Origin: Escherichia coli
GTDB taxonomy: Bacteria > Pseudomonadota > Gammaproteobacteria > Enterobacterales > Enterobacteriaceae
Length of the DNA stretch: 64,000 nucleotides
Strand: one strand, 5' to 3'
Assembly (NCBI RefSeq): GCF_024223415.1
Contig: NZ_CP100500.1
The notes beneath the pieces were generated by a model. That model made no database searches. It was not told where the DNA came from and saw nothing but the letters and a program-made list of their open reading frames with translations. Position 1 is the stretch's first letter, and the number at the start of each line of letters is the position of its first letter. Below are positions 42,360 through 53,999 of this stretch, piece after piece. Both the position numbers and the translations under genes were made by a program.

Positions 42360-43252
42360 GACTGCTTTCCTCCTGCTTTCGGGTCAAGCAGATCGCGAAT
42401 ACCATCACCAAAGAGATTAAACCCGACGGCGGTAAGCAAAATCGCTGCCCCCGGAAATGCGCAATACCACCACTGATCGAGTACATAGTTGCGACCATTT
42501 GCTACCATCGCGCCCCATTCAGCACTCGGTTGTTGAGCACCCAGGCCAATAAATCCCAACGTGGCGGCCATTAAAATCGCGCTACCGATATCCAGCGATG
42601 CCTGCACGATCAGCGGCGGTAGGGAGTTACGTAAAATATGCCAGTTGATCAGATGCCAACGAGACGCGCCAAAGGTTTTCGCCGCCTGAACATAGGTATA
42701 CTGGCGTACAACTAATGCTTGCCCCCGCGCCAGGCGCACATAAAAGGGAATTCGCACAATAGCAATAGCCAGCATGGCGTTAAACAAACTCGGCCCGAGA
42801 GCGGCAGCCAGTGCCATTGTCAGTACCAACGAAGGAATCGACAGCATAATGTCCATGATGCGCATGATGATGGCGTCTGCGCGTCCGCCAAGCACACCGG
42901 ATAGACATCCGAGTAGCGAACCAATCATACCCGCAATGGCAACCACGACTAATCCGGCGAGAATTGATTGCTGACTGCCGACCAGTACGCGGCTGAACAG
43001 ATCGCGTCCCACTTCATCGGTGCCAAACCAGTGCGCCGCAGAAGGCGGCAAAAGGCGGGCGGTTAAATCAATGGCGTTGGGATCATGCGTCGCCAGCCAC
43101 GGTGAAAAAATCATCATCAGTAGCATTAATACAATGATGACTGCGCCGGTCACGGTGAGCGGACTGCCTTTCAGCATCCATACCAGTTTTGCACCGTTAA
43201 ATCGCGTTTGTTTTTGTGGGCGTACGGCGGACGTTTCCTCGCTTAGCATCAT
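42356..43252 (-). CDS. ddpC: D,D-dipeptide ABC transporter permease, 298 aa
   Basis: DppC/OppC-type permease. Confidence 0.9.
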   Translation of the reverse strand: MMLSEETSAVRPQKQTRFNGAKLVWMLKGSPLTVTGAVIIVLMLLMMIFSPWLATHDPNAIDLTARLLPPSAAHWFGTDEVGRDLFSRVLVGSQQSILAGLVVVAIAGMIGSLLGCLSGVLGGRADAIIMRIMDIMLSIPSLVLTMALAAALGPSLFNAMLAIAIVRIPFYVRLARGQALVVRQYTYVQAAKTFGASRWHLINWHILRNSLPPLIVQASLDIGSAILMAATLGFIGLGAQQPSAEWGAMVANGRNYVLDQWWYCAFPGAAILLTAVGFNLFGDGIRDLLDPKAGGKQS

Positions 43253-44271
43253 TCACCACCTCCACGTCCGATACGCGGATCAATCCACAAATAGAGCAAA
43301 TCCACTACCAGGTTCACCAGCACATAAGCAAACGAAACCACGACGGCAAATCCCATCACTGCCGGGAAGTCGAGCGCCTGTATTGATGTCACTACCCATG
43401 CCCCCATTCCGGGCCAGGCAAAAACGGTTTCGGTGAGCACTGCGCCATACAACAAATCGCCCAGCGCCAGCCCCAATACGGTAATCGATGGGATCAACGC
43501 ATTGGGTAGCGCATAACATAGAACGATATACCAGCCGGGCAAGCCGCTGGCCCGGGCGGTACGAATGTAGTCTTCACTCAATTGTTCCAGCATCGCTGAG
43601 CGGATCTGGCGGGCGACAATCCCCAGGTGAACAAACGCCAGCGTTAATGCCGGTAAGATGAGATGTTGCAACGCATTGAAGAAGACTTCACCGTTGCCTT
43701 CAAGCAACGCATCGAGCAGATAAAAGCCGGTGACGTGCGTTGGTGGATCCAGCCAGTCATCAAGCCTTCCGCCGCCGGGAAGTATTTGCAGATGACCATA
43801 AAACAGCACAATGACGCCCAGCCCAAGCCAGAACGCAGGTGTGGAGATTCCGGTAATGGCCATTATTCGCACCAGATGATCCAGCCAGCGATTTCGCCAG
43901 ACTGCAGAGAGTATGCCCAGCGGGATGCCAATCAAGAGTGCCAGCAGCAGGGCACAAAAAGCCAGCTCCAGCGTCGCCGGGAAAAATATACGCAACTCTT
44001 CCAGCACCGGACGCCCGGTACGAATGGATGTTCCCAGGTCACCATGAAACAGGTCGCTGACGTAGCGGTAAAACTGTACATACAGTGGCTGGTCCAGTCC
44101 CAGTTGCTGGCGAATATTTTCCACGATAGCATCGCTGGCGCGGTCACCCGCCAATAACCGCGTCGGATCGCCGGGGATCAGATGCGAGATAATAAACGTA
44201 ATCACACAGACCCCCGCCATCACGAGCACCAGCCCCCAGCAGCGTTGGCGTAAAATACTCCAGAAGGTCAC
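43249..44271 (-). CDS. ddpB: D,D-dipeptide ABC transporter permease, 340 aa
   Basis: DppB/OppB-type permease. Confidence 0.9.
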   Translation of the reverse strand: MTFWSILRQRCWGLVLVMAGVCVITFIISHLIPGDPTRLLAGDRASDAIVENIRQQLGLDQPLYVQFYRYVSDLFHGDLGTSIRTGRPVLEELRIFFPATLELAFCALLLALLIGIPLGILSAVWRNRWLDHLVRIMAITGISTPAFWLGLGVIVLFYGHLQILPGGGRLDDWLDPPTHVTGFYLLDALLEGNGEVFFNALQHLILPALTLAFVHLGIVARQIRSAMLEQLSEDYIRTARASGLPGWYIVLCYALPNALIPSITVLGLALGDLLYGAVLTETVFAWPGMGAWVVTSIQALDFPAVMGFAVVVSFAYVLVNLVVDLLYLWIDPRIGRGGGE

Positions 44272-44272
44272 G

Positions 44273-45823
44273 TTATTTACTCATGGTATTGATATTGAAG
44301 ACCTGTTCCAGCATGGGATTGAACACAAAGCCTTTCACCTCTTTGTTCATCGCCAGTTGGTAGTTTTTCTGGAACAGGTACACATAAGCAGCGTCATCAA
44401 TGACGATTTTCTGTGCCTGCTGGTAGTCCCGGGTACGCTGCGTCTGGTCGGTGGTCGCGAGCGCATTGCGTAGTAACTTATCGACCTCACTGTTTTCATA
44501 GAACGAGCGGTTACCCGGCAGACCTTTTTTGTCTGACTCAAACCAGTAATTCATAAACATATACGGGTCGGCAAAATCCGGGCTCCAGTTGCCAATCGCA
44601 ATGTCGTAATCACCTTTACCCACTCTGTCGCGCATGGTGGCGTTCGCCAGCTTTTCCAGCTTCACATTGATGCCCAGCTTGTTGAGACTGGATTGTGTTG
44701 CCAGAGCAATAGGCTCCCAGTTCGGATCATTATCAGAATAGAGAAACGTCAGGCTGGTGGGTTTGCTCTTCACTTTATCCCATTCGGCTTTGGCTTTCGT
44801 TTCGTCATGGTTGTATTGCATTGCCGTCGCATCGTAGCCCCACATGCCTTCCGGAATCGGGCCGCGCATCTGTTTTCCGTTACCACTCAGAATGCCGTTA
44901 ACCATGCCCTGATAATCGGTAGACCAGGAAATGGCCCGCCGCAGATCCGCCTGATTAAGTGGCGCTTTGCTGTTATTCAGATACAGATAGGTGACGCGCA
45001 GTGACGGATACTCTGCCACATTGACTTTATTTTCCTGCTTCAGGGCGTTGAGTTGATCCACCGGCAGCGCATCGGCAATGTCAATGTCGCCACGGGAGAG
45101 CTGCAGGCGACGGGAGGCACTTTCACCGATAATTTTTACCGATACTCGCTTAAAGTTCGGTTTATTGCCGGAGTAATGCGGATTTGGCACCAGAACTAAT
45201 TGCTGACCTTTTTGCCAGCTTTTCAGCATAAACGGTCCGGAGCCAGCGGTATTTTGCGCGAGGAAGCTGCGGGCATCATCCGCCGCATGTTCCTTTAACA
45301 CCGCCGGATTGATAATGGATGCACCGTCATTCGCCAGCGTGTAGAGGAACGGTGCAAATGGCTGGCTAAGGGTAAACTTCACCGTATGTTCGTCGGGAGC
45401 ATCAATCTTTAAATCTTTGGGAAATGCTTCTGCTGGCCCCTGGCCGATTTTTAGTAGCCGCTCAAAAGAAAGTTTTACTGCTTCGGCAGTGACAGGTGTG
45501 CCATCGGCAAATTTAGCATTATCTTTCAGGGTGAACGTCCACTCTTTTTGATCGTCAGACGCTTTCCAGCTACTTGCCAGATCGCCTTCAACGTCGGTTG
45601 AGCCTTTATCACCGTCCGTTTTGTACTGAACCAGCCGCTGATAAGACGGGTAGGTCACTGTCCAGTCGTTATTATCTATTGTTACCGCCGGGTCGAGGGT
45701 TTGTGGATCGGCGGCCTTACCAATCACCAGCATATCTTTCGGTACGGCGGCGTGCGCAACCGGGAAAGTTGTGGCAAGGACGAGCGCGAGCAATGTGGGA
45801 CGAAACGATATCGATCTCTTCAT
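44273..45823 (-). CDS. ddpA: D,D-dipeptide periplasmic binding protein, 516 aa
   Basis: Start refined to ATG 45821-45823 (MKRSISFRPTLLALVLATTFPVAHA signal peptide); family 5 solute-binding protein. Confidence 0.9.
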   Translation of the reverse strand: MKRSISFRPTLLALVLATTFPVAHAAVPKDMLVIGKAADPQTLDPAVTIDNNDWTVTYPSYQRLVQYKTDGDKGSTDVEGDLASSWKASDDQKEWTFTLKDNAKFADGTPVTAEAVKLSFERLLKIGQGPAEAFPKDLKIDAPDEHTVKFTLSQPFAPFLYTLANDGASIINPAVLKEHAADDARSFLAQNTAGSGPFMLKSWQKGQQLVLVPNPHYSGNKPNFKRVSVKIIGESASRRLQLSRGDIDIADALPVDQLNALKQENKVNVAEYPSLRVTYLYLNNSKAPLNQADLRRAISWSTDYQGMVNGILSGNGKQMRGPIPEGMWGYDATAMQYNHDETKAKAEWDKVKSKPTSLTFLYSDNDPNWEPIALATQSSLNKLGINVKLEKLANATMRDRVGKGDYDIAIGNWSPDFADPYMFMNYWFESDKKGLPGNRSFYENSEVDKLLRNALATTDQTQRTRDYQQAQKIVIDDAAYVYLFQKNYQLAMNKEVKGFVFNPMLEQVFNINTMSK

Positions 45824-45836
45824 GACAGTTTCCTGA

Positions 45837-46418
45837 TTAACTGACGTGCTGTGTGCCAGGGGATATAAAACAAGAGAATTGATCAGCGAGCAGTGGGTAA
45901 CTCGCTGCCTGGGGTAATTCGAAGTGCCACCATTCGCTGGAGATACCGACAAAACCGCCACCAGTCATAATCGCATTCAGCAACAGCCGATTGCGCTGAG
46001 CGGCGGGCGGGACGGAAGGATGGTAAGCATGGGAGCGCTCGTGCATTTCATCGAACCCTGCGCCCATATCGAGGATGTTCCCGTGCTCATCACGAAGCGT
46101 CAGGTCGATCGCCGTGCCACGGCTGTGATTAGAACCGACCGTCACATCAACAACATATTGCGGGTCTGGGCAGGCTTGCCACAACATCGCCTGTGCTTGT
46201 TGTGGGCGATACGCATCGTAAATCACCAGTTGTAAGCCTGATAGCTGGGCGATACTGATACTTTTCGCCAGCGCGGTAATCGCATCCTTGTGTAACAGAC
46301 AACGCGCTTGCTGGTAAATAGCTTTACCTGTGATGTTATCAGCGCAGGCGTATTTCAATTCGATCTCCAGATCAGGGAAGATCACGGCTAAATCAACCAG
46401 TTCGGTGGTATCCGACAT
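45837..46418 (-). CDS. ddpX: D-Ala-D-Ala dipeptidase (VanX homolog), 193 aa
   Basis: VanX-type zinc peptidase sequence; first gene of the ddp operon. Confidence 0.9.
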   Translation of the reverse strand: MSDTTELVDLAVIFPDLEIELKYACADNITGKAIYQQARCLLHKDAITALAKSISIAQLSGLQLVIYDAYRPQQAQAMLWQACPDPQYVVDVTVGSNHSRGTAIDLTLRDEHGNILDMGAGFDEMHERSHAYHPSVPPAAQRNRLLLNAIMTGGGFVGISSEWWHFELPQAASYPLLADQFSCFISPGTQHVS

Positions 46419-46675
46419 AAACGGTTCCTGTATAAGACAAAAATTGCTGCGCTTTCCGCTTATGCAGATCTCATGCCATGCCGGGATAAGCGCCAGAATG
46501 CTGGCTTAAAGTTATATTTTTTAACTTTTGATCAACATTTGTGCAGCGTAGTGCAGTTTTGGTGCAAGAGGGGAAGTTAAGGAAGGAATCTCCCGGAATC
46601 GTAGCTGAAATCACAGTATTTAAGTGACAGTGTCACGTTAAATGAAAACCCGCGAGTGCGGGCGAGAGGAATTTG

Positions 46676-49075
46676 TCAGATTTTCAGCGGTAACACGCTG
46701 CTCATCCAGCCTGGAATTTCTTCGGCGGGTAGGGGGCGGGAAAAGAAATATCCCTGAATAACGCGACAGTGGATCTTGCGTAGCATCTCAAATTGCTCTT
46801 TGGTTTCGACGCCTTCCGCCACGACGGTTAAATTGAGGCTTTGCCCAATGCTGGTAATGGCTTCAAGTAAGGCAAGGATGCGTTTTTCCGTCAGACAACG
46901 ATCGACAAAACTTTTGTCAATTTTGATTTCCGTTACCGGAAGACTGACTAAGCGGGATAATCCGGAAAAGCCCGTGCCAAAATCATCTACCGATAAACCC
47001 ACGCCCATATCACGCAGGATCTGAATGCGCTTAAAGATTTCGGTATCGTGTTCCATCATCATGCTTTCTGTGATTTCCACCGTCAGCTGGTGGCCGTCAA
47101 TACCCCAGGCTTGCATTGCATCAGACACCTGATTAGGCAGCTGATTACTGCGAAAGTGCAGCGCCGACAAGTTCACGGATAACGCCGGGATATGAATATT
47201 CTGGCTACGCCATTCTGCTAACTGACGGCAAGCTTCCGCGATGACCCAGCGCCCAATATTTTCGATTTCACCAATCTCTTCTGCGAGAGGAATAAACCGT
47301 GAAGGGGGCACATGACCATGCAGGGGATCGTGCCAGCGAGCAAGGGCTTCGATGCCGTAGAGTTCACCCGTTTCTGCGAAGATTTGCGGCTGGTAAACCA
47401 GTTTCAGTTGGTTATTGCTAATCGCCTCTTTCAGCGCTGCGCCTAAAACCAAACGCTCTTTTACCATTTCGTTCATCGCCGGGCTGAAGAACTGCCAGCC
47501 GTTACCGCCATTCTTGCGAATATAATCCATTGCATTGTGAGCAGTGGAGAGCAGGTAATCGCGGTTTTTACCCACGTCGTAGCTGATGCCAATACTCAAG
47601 GTAAGCGGGAAGGGTTTATCGTCAATCATTATCGGCTTGCTGACCACATTCCGTAGCTCATCGGCGATCTGGGTAATGTTACTGACGTCGTTTTCCAGGC
47701 TCACGAGGACAAACTGCGTACCTTCGATACGACAGAGATACTGATCCGGTTTGAGTTTTTCACGAAAGCGATTGACCACTTCCAGCAATGCCTGATCGGC
47801 CCACGCATAGCCAAGGCTATCAATCACATCCTGAATATGGTCAACACCGATGAGATACACCACCGGAGAGACGGCTTTGTCGACCAGGTCATCGAGGTAA
47901 TTGTGCAGGTTATTGCGATTTGGCAGACCGGTCATCGGATCAAATTGGATGAGTTGTTCAATATGCTGACGGCTTTTTTCCTGTTCCAGCGCCAGCGCGG
48001 CCATATGCTGGCTGATATCTGCCACGCGTTCGATAAAGGCGCTGGTTTCTGCTCCTGACGAGGTTTTAATTTGCAGGATCCCCGCAGGCGCGCCATCACG
48101 CTGACGAATGGTCGCTGACCAGCTTTGCGCATTTTGAACTTCTGCACCGTGGGAAGATGACGCCCAGTGTATCGGCATCCCGTTGCGCAGTGCGAACAGC
48201 GAAACATGCGATTCGTTGAGAACAGATTCGATGTTACGACAAATGATTTCCCCCATTTCATGAAATGGCGGGCTGCTGCACATGGCGGCGAGAATATTGC
48301 CTTCAAGCTGGCGGATCTGCCGTTCTTCGGTGATATCCGAGAAGGTCATTACCAGGTTCTGCAGATGCGCGAGCACGTCATAAACCGGGCTGATAGAGGC
48401 TTTAATCCAGATTTTTTCACCGGTGCGCGTCAACAGCAGAAATTCGTCCTGATCGCGGGCGGTTTTCCATAGCAACTGTTGTAAACGAATGCGGTTATCG
48501 GCAGGGAATTCAGGAATGTTCAGGAGTGTATCGGGCTGCATACCGCTGGCTTCGCTAATGCAGTAACCAAACATTTCGGTAAATGCGCGATTGCACTGCA
48601 CAATATGGCGTTCCGGATCGAGGACAATCACCGGTCGGCCGAGATGGTCAACGGCAATAATCAATTGTCTGGTCTGTTCTTTTTGCGCCATTTCTACGCT
48701 GGCATCCCGTACCAGCGCCAGGTAATAAACTTTCCCCTCGGCGCTCACTTTCGATAGCGCAAAACGGGTCCAGATTTTACTGCCGTCTTTTTTCTCCAGC
48801 TGCAGCTCCCGACTCATCCCCTCGACGCGCGCTTTACCGCCTTCACGGTTGTGACGAATGTATTCAGGATGCGCAGGACGCAAATCCCGCGGAATCAGCA
48901 TATCAATGTTATTGCCAATGACTTCTTCACGTTTGTATCCCCAGAGCTTCTCTGCGGCGGGGTTGAAAAACATCACTTCATCATTTTCGTTAATTAACAC
49001 CGCACCCATCATATTTTGCTCAAGGGCGGGGAAAAAAATGCCATCGGCGGCATTATCCGCATCGGTTAGCTTCAT
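46676..49075 (-). CDS. dosP: Oxygen-sensing c-di-GMP phosphodiesterase (PAS-GGDEF-EAL), 799 aa
   Basis: Start refined to ATG 49073-49075 (MKLTDADNAADGIFFPA...); EAL motif and degenerate GGDEF domain. Confidence 0.93.
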   Translation of the reverse strand: MKLTDADNAADGIFFPALEQNMMGAVLINENDEVMFFNPAAEKLWGYKREEVIGNNIDMLIPRDLRPAHPEYIRHNREGGKARVEGMSRELQLEKKDGSKIWTRFALSKVSAEGKVYYLALVRDASVEMAQKEQTRQLIIAVDHLGRPVIVLDPERHIVQCNRAFTEMFGYCISEASGMQPDTLLNIPEFPADNRIRLQQLLWKTARDQDEFLLLTRTGEKIWIKASISPVYDVLAHLQNLVMTFSDITEERQIRQLEGNILAAMCSSPPFHEMGEIICRNIESVLNESHVSLFALRNGMPIHWASSSHGAEVQNAQSWSATIRQRDGAPAGILQIKTSSGAETSAFIERVADISQHMAALALEQEKSRQHIEQLIQFDPMTGLPNRNNLHNYLDDLVDKAVSPVVYLIGVDHIQDVIDSLGYAWADQALLEVVNRFREKLKPDQYLCRIEGTQFVLVSLENDVSNITQIADELRNVVSKPIMIDDKPFPLTLSIGISYDVGKNRDYLLSTAHNAMDYIRKNGGNGWQFFSPAMNEMVKERLVLGAALKEAISNNQLKLVYQPQIFAETGELYGIEALARWHDPLHGHVPPSRFIPLAEEIGEIENIGRWVIAEACRQLAEWRSQNIHIPALSVNLSALHFRSNQLPNQVSDAMQAWGIDGHQLTVEITESMMMEHDTEIFKRIQILRDMGVGLSVDDFGTGFSGLSRLVSLPVTEIKIDKSFVDRCLTEKRILALLEAITSIGQSLNLTVVAEGVETKEQFEMLRKIHCRVIQGYFFSRPLPAEEIPGWMSSVLPLKI

Positions 49076-49099
49076 GATTACCTCTGCATCCTGGCGCAT

Positions 49100-50482
49100 C
49101 TAAAGACTGGCTTTCCAGAGTTCAACACGGTTTCTACCTCGTCTTTTGGCGATATACAGAGCTTCATCGGCTATTTGAATGAGGCGCTCATAGTCAGGAT
49201 GACCATTAAACATGGCGGCACCGATGGAAAGTGAGAGGGCAATATCTTCGCCGTTTGCGGCTTTCAGTTTGGTTTTCTCCACCCGACTGCGAATACGTTC
49301 TGCGGTACGTAACGTTTCGTTTTCAGAAGCTTCAGTCAAAACAATGATAAATTCATCGCCCCCGTAGCGGAAAACATAATCACTACTGCGGACGTTGTCA
49401 TAAAAGGCCTGAGAGACTTTACGCAGAATTTCATCACCAGTGTTATGGCCCCACGTATCGTTGATCTCTTTGAATTTATCAACGTCAATAATCAGCACTG
49501 ACAGCGGTGTACCGGTCCGGTTGGCATGGGCAATTTCGCGTTTGAAGATAGTCGGCAGGAAACGGCGGTTAAGTAATTTCGTCAGTACATCCATACCGAC
49601 TTCGTGGCGCGATACTTCTTCAAACAATTCACGCAGCAAGGTAATAATTTGCGATACAGTATTTCTTATCTGTAATAAAAATTTCACCCGCAGACTTCTG
49701 TTATTCAAATTCCTGGTGTTACGCATGGTTTGATTGAAAATACCGTCGAAATCCTGAATCAGACGAGAGATATGGCCCACTTTAGCAATGCCGCTGAAAT
49801 AATGTCGACCTTTATGGTTAAACCACAGGCCAAAATCAGCCTGGCTTAAAGGCAAACTACTGCCTAAATCAGAATCCAGCAGGATTTTATAGATGATATC
49901 TATTTCCCATGAAAGTATTGAGGCTATTTGCCGTTCTTTTTCTTCTTCGGCGTTTTCCAGTAACGAGAAGATACGATAGTTTTCATCTTCTTTTGAGGCA
50001 CTACTGTCACTAAAGGTAAACGCGCGGGTCATCACTTCCATAGCGATATCAATACTGTTAATCGAGAAATGGTAGACCTGAAGTTTTTCTGCGGCGGAAT
50101 AATTCGAAGAGAAGATTACCGGATAGAGGATTTTTTTCAGCACCCGAAACCCCATCTCGACAATTTCTACCGGAATTCCTATGCGGGCATGCACTTCCGC
50201 GACGGTATGCTGGATTTGTATTAGCCTTTCGACATCGTCAACCTGGGCAGAAAGCACGTTAATAATCCAGCGTTCCATCGCACTCTTCAACTGCCGCTCA
50301 ACTTGTTCATTACTCAAGAATTCTTCGGCATGCGGGTCGATGCGGACAATTCGATAAAACTCAATACTAAGATAATGAGCATGCGCAACGGCAATTTCCG
50401 CGGCTTTAGCTCGAATGGGCGGATCTGCCTGTTCGACAAGTCCGGTCCACTCATCTTTCATTCTTTTAAAATACATCTCCAT
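49100..50482 (-). CDS. dosC: Oxygen-sensing diguanylate cyclase (globin-coupled sensor + GGDEF), 460 aa
   Basis: C-terminal GGDEF motif (RYGGDEF); cotranscribed upstream of dosP. Confidence 0.93.
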   Translation of the reverse strand: MEMYFKRMKDEWTGLVEQADPPIRAKAAEIAVAHAHYLSIEFYRIVRIDPHAEEFLSNEQVERQLKSAMERWIINVLSAQVDDVERLIQIQHTVAEVHARIGIPVEIVEMGFRVLKKILYPVIFSSNYSAAEKLQVYHFSINSIDIAMEVMTRAFTFSDSSASKEDENYRIFSLLENAEEEKERQIASILSWEIDIIYKILLDSDLGSSLPLSQADFGLWFNHKGRHYFSGIAKVGHISRLIQDFDGIFNQTMRNTRNLNNRSLRVKFLLQIRNTVSQIITLLRELFEEVSRHEVGMDVLTKLLNRRFLPTIFKREIAHANRTGTPLSVLIIDVDKFKEINDTWGHNTGDEILRKVSQAFYDNVRSSDYVFRYGGDEFIIVLTEASENETLRTAERIRSRVEKTKLKAANGEDIALSLSIGAAMFNGHPDYERLIQIADEALYIAKRRGRNRVELWKASL

Positions 50483-50858
50483 AATTCACACCCTTATAAG
50501 GCTGGGAAATCAGACGGAATCAAAACGAAACGCAACGTGCGAGATCGACTAACTGCACCATATTCTCCTGAAATATGAAGATATACTGAAAAGAAATAAG
50601 CGACTTAGGACAGTTTCAATCTACGCTACTGTTCTTCAGAAGAGTATAGCCCATCGTAATTATTTTTCGGTGACAGCGAATATCGTATGTTTTTTCATAT
50701 TCATACATTTTTATTAGGGGATTTATGGCTGTTTAACTAAGTGTGGTTAATTGCATGGTTAATTTGACTTTAGTAAGCATGATTAGTAGTGGGATAGTTC
50801 AAGAGGGTAACAAGCCGGTGGGTAATGTACCGGCTTGTTACAAAGTAAGAATGGGAGT

Positions 50859-52178
50859 TTAACTGCCCCAACGACTTTGCAGATAGCTGACCGCTTGTTG
50901 AGTCTGCGGTTTATTCAGATAGTCCTCACGGAACAAGATGGTGCCGCTAATTTCTGGTACCGCATCGTTAAGATCGAGCTGCTTTTTCAGTTCCGGTACG
51001 CCGCCGTTAATCATCCAGTCTGGCTCTATCTTTGAAGGTTCACCCACTTTATAGAAGGCGATACCGATATACAGGCGGGTCCTGGTCGGTTTAACGACAT
51101 CCGCCCACCATTTTGCCAACACGTCATAACGCGCGGCACTCCGTGAGAACGGCCAGTAAATTTGGGGAGCAATGTAATCCAGCAATCCTTGTTCCACCCA
51201 TCGACGAGTGTCAGCGTAGGATTCGTCATAGGCTGCCGCGCCTCGGGTATCGGAGCCGAGCGGATCGTGTGATCGGTTACGCCACACGCCTGCCGGGCTA
51301 ACACCAAATTCGACTCCCGGCTTAATGCTTTTAATGGTGTGCGATACTTTTGCAATTAACTGCTGAGTATTGTTGCGCCGCCAGTCTGCTTTTGACGCAA
51401 ATGCGCCTCCGTATTTACGGTACGTTTCGTTATCATTTAGCCGTGAACCCGGTGACTCAGTATAGAAATAGTCGTCAAACTGCACGCCATCTACCGGATA
51501 GCGGGAAACCACTTCTGCGACTATTGATGTGATCCAGTCCTGAACCTCAGGGATGCCCGGGTCGAGGACAAAGCGATCGCCAGACGTTCTGATCCAGTCA
51601 CGGTGTTGCACATAGACGCTCGCCGGTTGTTGAGACAGAGTGCTATTCAGTTCCCTGATAGTACCGGGCTTCGTATTAACCGATACGCGATAGGGGTTAA
51701 ACCAGGCGTGTACTTTCATCCCACGCTTGTGGGCTTCGTCGAGCATAAATTGCAGCGGATCGTAACCAGGATTTTCACCAATCTTACCGGTCATAAGATC
51801 GGACCATGGCAAAATTTTTGAAGGCCACAGGGCGGTACCGTCCGGCTTGACCTGGAAAAAGACCGTGTTTATACCGAGACGTTGCAGATGATCCAGTTTG
51901 TCGATCATCGCCTGTTGTTGTACACGGGCCCGGCTGGTGGGGTTACTAATGTTAACCGAGGAAACCGGTGGCCAGTCGAGGCGAGACACCGTGGCCAGCC
52001 AGATGCCACGCATCGGTTGTGACGATTGTTGCGTCGTGGCTGGTGGCTTTGAACCCGCTGGTGGTGTCACCATGGACTCTGGAGGCGTGCTTTTACAACT
52101 ACACAGTAAAAGTGCCAGTGCAACCAGTATCGCTGGTCTTCTAATCGTTAATTTCTCGTTTCGGGAGCAGATATCCAT
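50859..52178 (-). CDS. yddW: Lipoprotein YddW (glycoside hydrolase-like), 439 aa
   Basis: Signal peptide with lipobox LLCSC; length matches YddW. Confidence 0.88.
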   Translation of the reverse strand: MDICSRNEKLTIRRPAILVALALLLCSCKSTPPESMVTPPAGSKPPATTQQSSQPMRGIWLATVSRLDWPPVSSVNISNPTSRARVQQQAMIDKLDHLQRLGINTVFFQVKPDGTALWPSKILPWSDLMTGKIGENPGYDPLQFMLDEAHKRGMKVHAWFNPYRVSVNTKPGTIRELNSTLSQQPASVYVQHRDWIRTSGDRFVLDPGIPEVQDWITSIVAEVVSRYPVDGVQFDDYFYTESPGSRLNDNETYRKYGGAFASKADWRRNNTQQLIAKVSHTIKSIKPGVEFGVSPAGVWRNRSHDPLGSDTRGAAAYDESYADTRRWVEQGLLDYIAPQIYWPFSRSAARYDVLAKWWADVVKPTRTRLYIGIAFYKVGEPSKIEPDWMINGGVPELKKQLDLNDAVPEISGTILFREDYLNKPQTQQAVSYLQSRWGS

Positions 52179-52308
52179 ATGTGCTGGTTTCCGGTAAACA
52201 GATGTGCGCTCATTCTCGTACTTATCCCGGTTAAGTCAATACGACAGCAAGCACGAAAAAGGGAGCGATGAATTATCGCTCCCTTGTCTTATAACCATTC
52301 AGACATAG

Positions 52309-53844
52309 TTAGTGTTTCTTGTCATTCATCACAATATAGTGTGGTGAACGTGCACGCGGGTGCAGGAAGAAGTGACCTTTTGGTGCGTTCTTACTGTTGA
52401 TTGGCTCCAGAGTGACGCCGGTATTCGCTTTGCCTTTACGATCATGAACAGCATAGAGAATAAAGGGCAGGGCAAGTACCACCAGGAAACTAACGACCAG
52501 TAATTCAACATACATATCGGTAGAGTCACCCTGGATATTATCCGGCGGCAGGAAGGAAACAATAAACGCCATAATTGAAGTCAGCAGACCGACAATAGCC
52601 ACGACCAGTTTCACCCCTTTACCACCAGGGATATTAAATGTGCGTTTTAAGTCAGGATGTTTAAGAACCAACACAATGTAGCCAATAAACAGCATGAAAT
52701 AAGCACACAGATAAATCACCACCGTCAGCGCCAGTGCGATCAGGAAGGACATGTTGTTACCGCCACCGGTATTGGTGAGGATGATCAACGCGATAGAAGT
52801 AATCACCAGCTGCGAAATGACCAGCGTTACCGGTACGCCATTTTTGTTCATTTTAGCGAATGCCGCTGGCAGCAGGTTTTTCTGCGCTGTGACATACATC
52901 CCGCGAGAAGGACCAACAATCCAGGAGGCGATTTCCGCCAGAACACCCAGCAACAGCAGTGCGGAGATCACGCGAACCGTCCACTCAATTTCCGGTGCCA
53001 CATGAGACATCAGAACGGTAAAGGTTTGCATTACCCCTGCGGAGAGGTTGATTTCATTACCCGGAATGACCATCGCAATAGACAAACCACCAACAGAGCT
53101 TAAGCAGATTGCCGCCACCATCAGCAGTAACATAGCCAGTGGATAGTCGCGCCCTGGGTTGCTCATTTCATTGACGTGGGTTGCGGATGCTTCTACGCCC
53201 ATATAACTCAAAATGAAGGCAACAAATACTACCAGGGTGCCCACTTTAGAGAAGTCAGGGAAGAAGGTCTTCGAATCCATTTCGATAGCAACGGGGGCAC
53301 CGGAGTGCAGATAAATAGCCGCTAATGCGATCAAAATAAATGCAGGTAACAGGATACCGGCGAAGAAGCCAACTTTAGCAATGCGCGCCGTGTATTTCGT
53401 GCCACCAAACTGCGTTAATGCCAGCGCCCAAAGAATGATGAGTGCTGCAATAGTTTTGGTAATAGGGTCTTCATTCAGCGCTGGCCATTTCAGGATGTAG
53501 GAGAGTGCCCCTAACACGAAATAGAGCATCGGAATAAAACCAATGGCGATTTGCAGATAGCCAAATGAGATCGCTGCAAATCCCCATCTCGGCCCCAGAG
53601 TATTTGATACCCAGGCGAAGACACCACCTTCTTCCCAGCCGTCGACGGTGGCCATTTCCGCAGCACAAAGTCCCACGGGAATAAACCATAAAATCCCGCC
53701 TAATAGCAGGAAGAAGACTAATGAAAAGCCCGATGTTGCGAAGGTAGGGTATTCATAAACAGCCATTACCATCGATGCCGTTATGGCAAAAAAGCCGAGT
53801 AATGTGAGCTGCTTAGCTTTACCTGTCTGTACTGATGTAGCCAT
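52309..53844 (-). CDS. gadC: Glutamate:GABA antiporter, 511 aa
   Basis: APC-family transporter immediately downstream of gadB. Confidence 0.95.
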   Translation of the reverse strand: MATSVQTGKAKQLTLLGFFAITASMVMAVYEYPTFATSGFSLVFFLLLGGILWFIPVGLCAAEMATVDGWEEGGVFAWVSNTLGPRWGFAAISFGYLQIAIGFIPMLYFVLGALSYILKWPALNEDPITKTIAALIILWALALTQFGGTKYTARIAKVGFFAGILLPAFILIALAAIYLHSGAPVAIEMDSKTFFPDFSKVGTLVVFVAFILSYMGVEASATHVNEMSNPGRDYPLAMLLLMVAAICLSSVGGLSIAMVIPGNEINLSAGVMQTFTVLMSHVAPEIEWTVRVISALLLLGVLAEIASWIVGPSRGMYVTAQKNLLPAAFAKMNKNGVPVTLVISQLVITSIALIILTNTGGGNNMSFLIALALTVVIYLCAYFMLFIGYIVLVLKHPDLKRTFNIPGGKGVKLVVAIVGLLTSIMAFIVSFLPPDNIQGDSTDMYVELLVVSFLVVLALPFILYAVHDRKGKANTGVTLEPINSKNAPKGHFFLHPRARSPHYIVMNDKKH

Positions 53845-53999
53845 ATTATCCCCCTAAAACGGTATTCCTGTCGGAACCGCACCTGTTTTGTTCTGAAGCG
53901 TATTCAGAACAATATTTTCCGTTGCTAATGCCAGTGAACAGACTTTGGAAATTGTCCCGAAACGGGTTCGTTTCGGGACACCGTTACCGTTAAACGTTA